Made by a program: the position numbers and the translations under genes. Positions 50,101-60,700 of a DNA stretch of 64,000 nt are shown piece by piece; position 1 is the stretch's first letter; every line of letters begins with the position of its first letter. The stretch is from Microbacteriaceae bacterium. GTDB lineage: Bacteria > Actinomycetota > Actinomycetes > Actinomycetales > Microbacteriaceae. Below the pieces are notes generated by a model that had not been told where the DNA came from, made no database searches, and saw only the letters and a list, made by a program, of their open reading frames with translations. The stretch covers positions 30,708 to 94,707 of the forward strand of contig JAHEGB010000003.1 of NCBI GenBank assembly GCA_024645175.1, written 5' to 3'.

Positions 50101-50496
50101 AACGTCTGTTTGCAAAAGCTGTGCTGCAGTTGGAGACGTGCTTCCGGCCGGAGGCGCACCAACAGCAGAAGATGCTGCATCAAGAACATAGACGTATCCG
50201 CCGGTTCCGGTTCCGGTTTTCACAAGTGAACGATCAACGGTGATTACCGCATCGATTCCGACAGAACCGGTTACCGCAGCTGAGGCAGCGTTTCGGTAGA
50301 CAGTGATGTCATTCGCAAAACCACCAGATTGCCCAGAAGAATAAGTGTTTACTGTTTGAGCTGCTTGGTCGAAAAACAAAGTCTTGCCCGTCATGTCGAC
50401 GGTGATTGCTGCGTTCGCTGCAGTTGCCGGCATGAAGACCAGAGCGGCCATGGCTAGAGCGAGCGCAGAAATAGTTGCTGTGATTTTCTTAAACAT
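47149..50496 (-). CDS. Surface adhesin-like protein: N-terminal beta domain, cadherin-like domain, 'AQTITF' Ig repeats, putative Ig (He_PIG), CshA-like repeat, C-terminal OmpA-like domain
   Basis: Signal ending ANA-A; 'LPNGLSLNTATGVISGTPT'; 'GQGTWTLNENGSVTFTP'; 'FAPGSPVL...LSMNRA...RRV'. Confidence 0.82.
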   Translation of the reverse strand: MFKKITATISALALAMAALVFMPATAANAAITVDMTGKTLFFDQAAQTVNTYSSGQSGGFANDITVYRNAASAAVTGSVGIDAVITVDRSLVKTGTGTGGYVYVLDAASSAVGAPPAGSTSPTAAQLLQTDVTPAAANGYITLKFQFYEAGTYTGYGTGNLLTLTNVSVNSYDLDYVSGKQFTQFKGFQSYTYSSNTTLVTSNAAGGWVQFTDNTGATNYADGTGSYTKGRVMVKYDQLTELSIRHGVNASTGGKFALDFGPGYAWKDGAVQTTSNYSNPNNNPPTSANNSIYYSANTPWIFNFDNFVYADPENNAFTSVKIVTLPASGSLQLLVGSTWTNVAANAVIPVSALSLGQLRYSGTIDSSFTFKVNDGTSDSTSAYTMSLVAASTAQTINFANPGTKQVSATAFASGATATSGLTVTLVSLTPGTCSVSGLNITALANGFCTIVATQAGNATYSEAPAVTQTFTISSLTAQTITFANPATQALNVPLTINPTASSTLAVTVISLTPSVCTINAGPPMYVSHIATGTCQLYATQAGGGSYAPAAPVTVTYLVNTGSLTAQTLTFAQPANQTLASNTVTVSATSSASLAVTFTSSTTSVCTVSGTTVSFVSAGLCTITANQAGNSTYASASLSRSFYILTITTSSLANGEVGTAYSQTVAEFGGSTGTDLWSVSPALPNGLSLNTATGVISGTPTAAQSATSYTFTVVNGGITATKSLSITIAAAPVQSLSAQTITFNALPNVSLSNGAITLGATASSGLTVSYTSNTPSVCTVANGVITLLTDGYCEIEANQVGNSTYSAAVPATQGFYIYKITNLSITTGSAGSPYSEQLNLAGQQGSGTWSATNLPAGFWIDPNTGVLSGNPSTTISQPITITYTQGSATFTAPYLLTINAAGAPPSVSKPKPTITPVNGSGQLNTPVTLTPKVTPVFPYNPGLCLIDPVSKGCKPVVFIKGQGTWTLNENGSVTFTPLEGWSGTSTIVLHAWDSDGQTDDEPLSVTIARGAGTARPPVSISIPGFAPGSPVLTTSIKNAIRAFLNKYNDYKKVQCTGVTMGPTVLKVDYALSMNRASNSCAFAVSYMRKLVQLPNTNLQETALGANIRRVIITLTD

Positions 50497-50620
50497 CGAA
50501 TTCTTTCGGTTTTGCGAATGGTTCCCTCATTAACCTTAGGCATTAGTTCGCAAAAGTGAAGATAAACCTGCGGTTAGCCACAGGTGCTCGGGAGCTTCAC
50601 CCGAGCCATAGAATGACCAC

Positions 50621-51706
50621 ATGACTAGGCCGGCACGAGCAAACAGAGTTTTCAAGGTCACTTCTTTAGCAGCGATGGCAATCGCACTAGCGGCGTGTAG
50701 CCCGCAGGCTACCCCAACTGCAGAACCCACCCCGACGCCAAAATTCGTCACCGCACCTTTAACCGGCGTGCAATTCGCCGAAGGCAGCATCGAAGCGGGG
50801 TATCTCAGTCGCCCATCTGTGGCCTGCAAAATCGACAACAGCGATGCAGCCCGCCCCCAGCTTGGTCTCAACCGCACTGATATTGTCTTCGACGAGATGG
50901 TCGAGGGTGGCCTAACCCGCTTCGTTGCCATCTGGCACAGTGACCAGCCCAACGCGGTTGGCCCGGTTCGCTCGATTCGCCCCATGGATCCAGACATTTT
51001 GAGCCCGTTCGGCGGCATCGTCTGCTATTCGGGCGGTCAAACCGTGTTCATGAACATGATGAAGGCGACCAACGTTTTCAATGCCAGCGAGACCAGTGAG
51101 CAGGGGCAGGGCACCTTTAGCCGCACCAAAGACCGCATCGCCCCGCACAACGTGATCGTTGATGTCGCCAAGTTGGCAACCAACCACCCCGAAATCGTGG
51201 CCCCGTCGGTGCAGTTCGAGTTTGCCGGGTCACTAGCCGAGTCGAGTGCGGCCATTGCCGGAACATCCGTGAGTGATATAAAGGTATATTTTCCGGCGGC
51301 ACTTGCCCAGTGGGCGCCAAATGCTGATTCGACCCAGTTTTTGCGCACCCAAGACGGCAAAATTCACACGGATGCCGCCGATGGCAGCCAGTTGCACACC
51401 GTGAACGTCGTGATTATGACCGTGACCGTCGATCGCTCGTACAAAGACCACAAGTATGGCAACGTGCCTAAAGACAACGTGATCGGCACGGGCCAGGCTC
51501 AGGTGTGCTCAGCCGGCAAGTGCATGAACGCCACCTGGTCAAAGACCGACCGCCAGTCACCGATTGTGCTCACCGATGCGTCAGGCGCGAAGGTTTTGTT
51601 GGCCCCGGGCAACACCTGGGTCGAGCTACAGCCGGCCGGGCCTGAGGGCAAGACCGTTTTGACCCAAAAACCAGCGGCAAGTCCAAGCGCCACGCCTAAA
51701 CCTTAG
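50621..51706 (+). CDS. DUF3048 family lipoprotein
   Basis: Lipobox LAAC; 'KIDN...ARPQ.GL...EMVEGGLTRF','GPVRS','APHN','GNTWV'. Confidence 0.92.
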   Translation: MTRPARANRVFKVTSLAAMAIALAACSPQATPTAEPTPTPKFVTAPLTGVQFAEGSIEAGYLSRPSVACKIDNSDAARPQLGLNRTDIVFDEMVEGGLTRFVAIWHSDQPNAVGPVRSIRPMDPDILSPFGGIVCYSGGQTVFMNMMKATNVFNASETSEQGQGTFSRTKDRIAPHNVIVDVAKLATNHPEIVAPSVQFEFAGSLAESSAAIAGTSVSDIKVYFPAALAQWAPNADSTQFLRTQDGKIHTDAADGSQLHTVNVVIMTVTVDRSYKDHKYGNVPKDNVIGTGQAQVCSAGKCMNATWSKTDRQSPIVLTDASGAKVLLAPGNTWVELQPAGPEGKTVLTQKPAASPSATPKP

Positions 51707-51743
51707 GCATACGGCTAGCCACCTATTTGCCTAGACAGCCCAA

Positions 51744-54700
51744 TTGGCTGACGGTATTTTTGTCTCTATGAGGTTGTGGCAGCGACCCCAGCGTTTTGTT
51801 GCGCTGGTCAAAGAGAAAAGCCGTGCTTGGTCAAGCGCGTTGCTTGTCGCCACGCTTACCCTCGCGATGGTTTCTTTTGGTGCGATCACACCATCACCAC
51901 CTGCAGATGCCGCAGCTGCGCAATGTCCGGCTGACTCGACTTACATCACGTATACATATTCATCACCGAACTGCACCGCAACTTTTGCATACTCAGGTGC
52001 TTACCAAACTTGGACAGTTCCGTCAGGTGTGACTTCGGCAACGATCACACTAAGAGGCGCGCAAGGTGGATCAACTCCATCAGGTGCTGGTGGAGCAGGT
52101 GCAGTTTTGACTGGAACAATGTCGACTACGCCAGGAACTTCTCTCTACGTGTATGTCGGTGGTCAGGGATCACAAACTAATGGAGCTGCGGGCTTCAACG
52201 GTGGTGGAACCGGAGGTTTTTGGAGTTCCACCTATAGCGCTGGCGGTGGCGGTGGTTCCGACATTCGCACAACCGTTGGAAATTTCTCGTCTCGCATTGC
52301 TGTAGCGGGTGGAGGTGGAGGTGCGTCGTCATACTCGAATGGTTGCTATGGTGGTGCAGCTGGAAACCCAAACTCGCCAAGTATTTCTGTATGCGGTTAT
52401 GGTGCCGTGGGGGCAACTCAAACGGGCCCTACTCCACCTGACCCAAGTTATACAACTTCTGGTCCTTCGAGCACGCTAGGAGTTGGTTCATCTCCATCAT
52501 CAACCGGCCCATGTGGTGGCTACTGTCCTGCGGGTGGTGGTGGTGGTGGTTACTACGGTGGTGGCGTTGGCGTGCTCGGTGGAACCGGAGGTTCATCTTG
52601 GTACGACTCAACTAAAGTTTCTGCCGCAAGTTATCTAACTTCGAATAACACCGGCAACGGTCAGATTCAAATCACCTACCTTGCCGGTGCAACCATTTCG
52701 TCTTACACCGCGACCAACGCGGTAAACGCAACTTCTGGAAACAACGGCTACATCAGCGGTCGATCAATCAACTACTCACTTAGCTTCTCGCTGCCAGTAA
52801 CAGGCTTCGGCCCCGAAGACATCACCCTTAGTGGCACCAGCGGTGGCGCCGGAAGCTGGACTAAATCAGCCATATCTGGCTCAGGCGCTGGCCCCTACAC
52901 TTTCACACTGTCGAACCCGAGTGCAGTCGAGGGCACCGTAATAGCCACCGTCAACGCGGCAGGTGTGGTTGACGGAAACAGCAACGTTGGAATCGGTTCG
53001 CAGGCAAACACGACGACTATCGACACAATCGCTCCGACTGTTACAGCGATAAGTTTTGCCTCTGGTTCAAATGTTCAAACCGCTCAATCGGTGTCTGTGA
53101 CATTTAGCGAGACCCCGCTGGCCGTAACTACAAGTTCGATCACACTTTCTGGTGCTTCGGGCACAGCAGGCACCTGGACGAAAACTTTGGTCAGCGGTTC
53201 TGGTGTCGGTCCATACGTTTTCAATATCGATAACGTCAGTGCAATCGACGGCGCGCTAAACGTTCAGGTCGCTGCCGGAAACGTCACTGACTATGCAAAC
53301 AATAACGTCGTTGCATCTTCAACAATTTCGCGAAGTCTCACGCTTCAGCCTTCGATCATCACCGGCGGGCTAAACACCTACGGTGGCGGAACAATTACGC
53401 TTGCGCCAAACGCGACACTTATTGATCGAGGTTCAAGCGCGCTCGCGGGGTTGAAGATTTCGATAACTGGTGCAGCTCAGGCCGGTGACTCACTATCGTT
53501 CACAAACAACAACTCCACAAATTTTGGAACGATCCAGACTGCGTCTTCAACATCACAGGTTTTGACGCTTACATATAGCGGTGCACAACCAACGCTCGCG
53601 CAATGGCAAGCGGCCATCCGTGCGGTTAAATTCACAACTAGCACCGCTGGAACAGCGCGCACTGTTGAATTCCACTTGAAGCCAACCGTCGGCTACAACT
53701 ACGACAACATGCACTTTTACCAGTGGGTTAGCGGAACCATTTCAACGGGAGATTCGGCAATCTCGACTGCAGCTGGCTACACCTATAAAGGCATGCAGGG
53801 ATACCTCACCACAATCACGAGCGCTGCCGAAAACGCATTTGTTTATGCGCTGTCTGGAAACCTTGGTACCTGGCTTGGCGCAACCCAGGTCACTGCGTCT
53901 AGCAACAACTGGAAGTGGGCAGCTGGGCCTGAAAACGGCACCCAATTCTCGTCTGGTGCAACTGCGGCTAACGGCATGTATGTCAACTGGTGGTCTGGCG
54001 AGCCTAATAACTCAGCCAACTATGTCTTTATGACAACAGCCGGCACCTGGGATGACCTGGTTTCTAGTCAAAGTGGCTCTTACTACAATTCTGGCAACGT
54101 CGTGGAATATGGTTCGACCGCGAACGGCGACCCAGCCACCACTTTGCTAAAGGTGAGCGCGACCATGGGTGTCGACGCTACCGCGCCAACTGCGACCCTG
54201 GCTGCCAGCTCGGCAACCGGCAGCACTAACACCAACACATTCACAATCACCTCGTCTGCTGTCGGAATCGACTGCTCGACGATCAGTGCAGTTGCTGGCG
54301 AAGACTTCACCTTCAGCGCGAACATCACAGGCATCTCGATCGCCCAGACTTCAAACACCGTTTGCACAATTACGGTGACGAGCAACGTCGCCGGCGGAAC
54401 CACAGCGTCAGTAACACTTAGCAAAGCCGGCACGTTTGCTTACTTGGGCCAAAACGGAATCAGCGGAACTATGGCAACCGCCTCTGCTTCAACAAGCGTC
54501 ACAATTGCAGACAACATCGCGCCGGTATTGACTTGGTCAAACGAAGCAAACTCGTACCTGAACGTGACCAGCAACGCTAGCGGTGCAACATTCGGCTTCT
54601 CACTTAGTGAATCAGTAACCTCAATCGCGGCGAGCAACTTCACTCTCACCGGAAACCTTGTTTGTGCAACTAAGGCACTTACAAATACTTCGGGATTGAA

Positions 54701-57700
54701 CTACACAATCACTCTCGCGAACTGCACCAACGGCACAAGCGGTTCGATTCAGTTGAATGCAAGCGCAATCAAAGACCTTGGCAATAACTTTGCTGCAAGC
54801 GTGACTTCAACTCGCACGATCACCGTTGACACAACTGCACCGACTGCTTCGTTCACAACAAAGCCAGGTGCATTCACAACTTCGATTTCAAACATTCACT
54901 ACACCGTCACTTTCAGCGAAGCAGTTACATCGATGGCAGTTGGCAAGCTTTCGATCGCGGGCGCAGGTTGTTCAATCATCAACTTCGTTGCAACTAGCTC
55001 AACCGTTTATGACTTCGACGTCACCGGCTGCAACGATGGCGTAACTGCAACTGTCACTCTTGCTCAAAATGCTGGCACCGATGTGGCAGGCAATATTGGC
55101 CCAGCTAGCCCTGTTCAGGCGGCAACCATCATCGACGCAACCGCACCTACCGTGGCTACCTGGTCTAACAGCCAGGCAGCACTAACTAACGCGACCACAT
55201 TGACTTATACGCTGACCTTTAGCGAAGCTGTCTCTGGCCTGGTTGCTGCTGACTTGGCACTAACCGGCTGCTCTGCGACCCCAACTATCACCACTGCCAA
55301 CAACATCACCTTCACCGTGACGTTAACCGGTTGCACCTCTGGCAGCACGGTTGCAATCAAGTTGCTTGCTGGCTCTGTTCTAGACCAAGCAAGCAACGCA
55401 GGCCCATCAACCGACACCGCAACAATTTCTAGAACTCTCGACTACGTAGCCCCTCAGGTTTCGTGGGGTTCAAACCCACCGAGCCCAACCAAGGCAAACA
55501 GCACCTTCGCAATTCAATTCAGCGAGCACGTGAACGGTTTTGGTTCGAACCTGATTACAAACGCGGGCACATCTACCGGCTGTGTTTTCACTCTCACGAC
55601 GATTGTTCCTGGATACACCTATAGCGTTCAGGCAACTTCGTGCAGCGACGGAACCTTGATTCCTGTCATCACCGCTAACTCGGTTACCGATGACGCTGGC
55701 AACATAGGCCCAGCTACAAGCCCGAGTGCAGATCGAACTGCAGGCCCAATCGTTGTTGACCGCACTGCACCAGTTGCATCATTCACAACTGTTCCACCTG
55801 CACGAACTCACGGCACGCTAACTTATGTCTTGCACTTCAACGAAGCAATCATTACGACCAATGGTGCACCCGAGAGTTTGAGCGCGAGCGATTTCACTAA
55901 TGCTGGAACAGCCGCTGGTTGCGCAATTAGCATCGCCGCGATTGTTAGCACAAACGACTACACCGTAACTGTCTCGAACTGTGGCAATGGAACAGTCAGC
56001 TTGACGCTTATTGACGACGCAGTTCAAGACCTCGCGACCAACAGCGGCCAGGTTGGCATCATTGCCGCAGGCGTTACTGTCGACAACACTGTTCCAACTG
56101 TGTCGTTCACAACTGCACCAGGTGCATACGTGACAGCAACTTCTACCCGTTACATCGCAACCTTCAGCGAGTCAGTCACGGGCATCACTGCGAGCAGCTT
56201 CGCTAAGACCGGCACCGGTTGTGCCATCGCAAACTTCAGCGCAACCAGCGCGAGCATTTACCAGTTCGATCTAACCTCTTGCGCCGACGGCGCAACAGCA
56301 ACTGTCACTTTGGCAGCCAACTCGGCAACCGACCTTGCTGGCAACACCGGCCCGGTAAGCAACCTGGTCTCGACCACCATATTTGATCGCACTGCACCAA
56401 GCGTGAGCAGCTTTGCGACATCGCTCACCAGCCCGACAAACGCCGACCCTTTGACTTATTCGCTCACATTTAGCGAGCAGGTTTCTGGACTGACCGGCAC
56501 TGACTTCACCGTCACCGGCTGCTCGGCAACCCCAGTGGTCACAACCTCAAACAACATCACCTATTCGGTTAGCCTTGCTGGCTGCCCAACGGCTGCAACT
56601 GTGACAATCAAGCTGAATGCCAGCTCGGTCGCCGATCTAGCCACAAACGTTGGCCCAGCTTCGGCTTCAAACGTGATCTCACTCGTCACCGACTATGTGG
56701 CTCCAACCATCGTTAGCTTCACGACCGCTCACAACTCGACCACCAATGCCAACCCGCTGGTTTACACCTTGGTTTTCAGCGAGGCCGTTTATGGTCTTTC
56801 GGCCTCTGATTTCAACATCACCGGTTGTGCATCGACGCCAACCATCGTGACTAGCAACAACGTCACATACACAATCTCGTTGAGCGGTTGCGCCACGGCT
56901 GCCACTGTTGGTGCAACCCTCAACGGAAACACCGTTGCTGACTCAGCTAACAATGCTGGCCCAGCAGCAGCTTCAAACACCATCACATTGCTAACCGACT
57001 ATGTTGCACCAACATTCAGTTGGGGCTCTGCGCCTGCTAGCCCGACTCGAGTTTCAAGCACATACACAATCGGTTTCTCTGAGTGGGTGAGTGCGCTCTC
57101 GAGCGGCATGTTCACAAACTCAGGAACAGCAACCGGATGTAACTTCACGGTCACCGCAATTGTTTTGAACTACCAATACTCGGTTGTTGCAGATTCGTGC
57201 AGCGACGGAACCCTTGCGCCAACGCTTGCAGTTGCGAGTGTTAGCGATGCCGCAGGCAACCATCCGAGTGCATCTGGTGCAACTGCAGCGACAGTTGTAG
57301 TAGATCACAGCGCACCGGTTGCAACGTTTGTTTCGAACCCGGGTGCACGCACGCACGGAACACTTACCTACACATTGCGATTCGATGAAGCGATTGTCAC
57401 AACCTCTGGCGCAGCGGCTGCGTTGAGCAACGACGACTTCACATACTCGGGCACAGCCACCGGCTGCCAGATCTCGATTGCTGCAGTTGCAAACAGCAAC
57501 GACTACACAATCACGGTTACGGCTTGCACCGATGGAACCTTCATCTTGTTGCTTGCTGATGATGCCGTTCAAGACATCGCCGGCAACTCGGGCCAGCTCG
57601 GAATCATCGCTGCCGGCAGCGCTATCGACAGCGCACACGCCACAGCAACCATCTCGACAATTCAGTCGTCGCCAACAAACAGCACGTTCATCACATACTC

Positions 57701-60700
57701 GATTGTTTTTAATGAGAGCGTTACCGGCCTAACTGGCGACAGCACCGACTTCACTCTTGGCGGCGCGGGCTGCAGCTTTGGCCCACTAACTGGCTCTGGC
57801 ACTACCTATAGCTTGCGCGTCAACGGCTGCGCAGATGGCGCGAGCTCGACCCTGACTCTCAAAGCCAACGCGGTAGAAGACCGGTCGATTGTCAACGGCC
57901 ACGGAAACATCGGGCCAGCTAACCCGGTGACTTCGGCGGCGACTGTTATCGACTTCTCACCTGCAACTGTTAGCTACACGACTCCGGCAACCACGAACAA
58001 CGACGGATCAATCGCAATCATCGCAACCTTTAGCGAAGGTGTGATGGGTGTCGCGGCGAGTGACTTTAGCAACATCGGAACCGCAAGTGTTGGCACGATC
58101 TCAATGACTCAGCTGAGTGCAACCGAATTCCGTTTGAACACCATGGCGTTGACAAACGGAACCATCAAACTTTCGCTAACCGGAGTTGTCACAGATTACG
58201 CTGGCAACGATTCACCAGGGCTTAGCGTTTCGTCATTCGATTCAAGTGCTGCAAACGTTGTCGTTACCGGTCTGGCCGGTGGCTTCTCAACTTCACCTGC
58301 GGCCCTCGTCAAACAAGCACCGACATATGAATTGACTTTTGCACGAGCGGTAACCGGTCTGCAAGCAAACGATTTCATTTTGCCAGCGGGTTCAACCTGT
58401 GTTCCTTCGTTGTCTGCAGTGAGCACTTCGGTTTACAGCGTGACGCTAACCGGCTGTGCCGACGGTGACATCACTCTCGAACTTCGCGCCGGTGCAGTAA
58501 CCGACTCTTACTCACTTGCGAACACTCGTCAGGTTGCAGGCGCAACGGTTCTCGACACCACCGCACCAACAGCAACCGTCACCTTGCGCAACGGATCTTT
58601 GTTCACAGGTCAACACATTTTCGATGTTGTATTCAGCGAGCCAGTGCTTGGCCTAACCTCGCATGACCTAACAATTCCGCTAGGCGTAAATGCAACCGGA
58701 TGCGCCATCACCGGACCAAACGGAACCGGCGCGAATTACACCGTCAACATGACGGGTTGTGTGAACGGAACCTTTGCTCTAGCTCTTCAGGCCAACGGCG
58801 TGACTGACCTAGCTGGCAACGCAGGCCCGATTGCCATTGAAACCAGCGCAACAGCTACCCAGGCCAAGCCGGTTCCGACAGCAACTGTCACCACCGGCAC
58901 CCCACCGACGGTATTGCTTGCTGTGGCTCCATACCGCGTGTTTGGTGATGTTCCTGCCGGAACCCAGCAGACCTTGCTTGCCGCCAAGATCGTGGTTGGC
59001 GCTCAGGGTGCACCTGCGGTGACCGTGGCTACAGACGTTTCTCAGCTAGCACCAACCGACGCAGTCACGATCACAAACAACCAGACGGTGAATGCCGGTG
59101 ATGCAATCTCGCTTTCGATTCAGGCTTCGGTTAACTCGGCAGCACAGCTCGACGCAGTTGGCTTCATCGAAATCAACGGAGCTTGGGAGTACCTAGGTCG
59201 CCAACCTTTTACCGGCAGCTACCTGACGACTTCTCCGATTACATTCGCCGAGCCTGGCACATACATTCTGAAGATTGTGTTGATCGACAAGACCACTGTC
59301 ATCACGATGTCTGCTTTGAAGGCAAAGATTTTTGCACCTAAGAAGTTCACCGCTGCACCGGTTATTCCTAAGTTGATCAAGACCAAGCAGTTGCCGCTAA
59401 CTTTCAGAGCCGCAGCGCTAACAACTCAGCAAACCGAAATCGGAACCCAGCAGATCAACGTCAACCTAAGCGTGCTTGCACCTCAGGGCGGTTTACCTGC
59501 TTTGGTTCAGCCTGCTCCGCCTGCTGCACCGGTTGTAACTCCAACACCAACACCGACGCCAACACCTACTCCTACTGCGACTCCAACTCCAACCAAGTCG
59601 CCAACGGCAACTCCGCGGCCAACAGCCACGCCGACGGTTAGACCAACTGTTGCGCCAACGCCTTCTGCTTCAGCAACTGTTGCTCCGGTTGTCACTCCAA
59701 CTCCAACTCCGATTGCAACTACGAACATCGCTGCACCAACTCCTTCAGCGGCTGCAACAGTTGAGCCGATCGTTGCTGCACCAAACGTTCCAATTGCACC
59801 TCAACCAACCGAGCCTCCTGCACCGGTGAACGTTGTTGCACCAATTGCAATTCCAACAATTGACCCAGGTGCGCCAGTTGCTAACCCAGCTATTGGCGCA
59901 ACTGGTGACGACAACGCTGCTCCGGTCGCGTTCGACCCGCTAGCTTCTGAGGCTGCCGTAGTTGCAGCTACCGAAACTGCAACCCAGGCTGTTGCCGTTG
60001 TTTCAACCGTTGCCGCTGCCGCGGGTGCTGCCGCTGCCGCTGCCGCTGCGGCTGGTGCTGCTGCCGGTGCCGCCGCTGGAGCGGCTGCAGGTGCTGCAGG
60101 TGCAGGTGCCGCTTCGGGCGCGAGTGCCGGTGGTGGTGCATCATCAGGTGGTTCATCGGGTGGTGGCGCTCGTTCTTCATCGGGTGGCGCTAGCGGTGGT
60201 TCAAGTGGCGGCTCAAGCAGCAGCTCTAGCTCAGGCTCATCGGCTTCAACCAACACAGACTCAAGTGGCGGTGAAGGCGATGGCGGTGACCTGCAAACGC
60301 TCGACGTCGAACACGACGAATATGAAGTCGATGGCGAACATTGGGGTGACAAACTCGCGATATTCAACTTCGCGTTCATGCGCATAACCGACAAGCCTGC
60401 GCACGACATCGCAGTCAAGCTCGCAAAGTTCTCACCTGTCAGCTCAAAGATTGTTAACGACTCGGCATACCTGCGTGCAATTTTCGGAACCCCAACAGTA
60501 CTTCTTCCACTAATCGGATTCGTGCTCGGTTTCATCGGCCTTACTCAAATCGAAGGCGAATTGCTTTCGCCAAGCTGGCAGTTGCTATTGCTGATTGCTG
60601 TTTTCGGAATCTTCGATGCACTTGCAGGTGCAGCAGCAACAATCACCTTTGCGATCGGCGCGTTCGTCACTGGTCAGGTTGCGAGCATCGACGACGTGCG

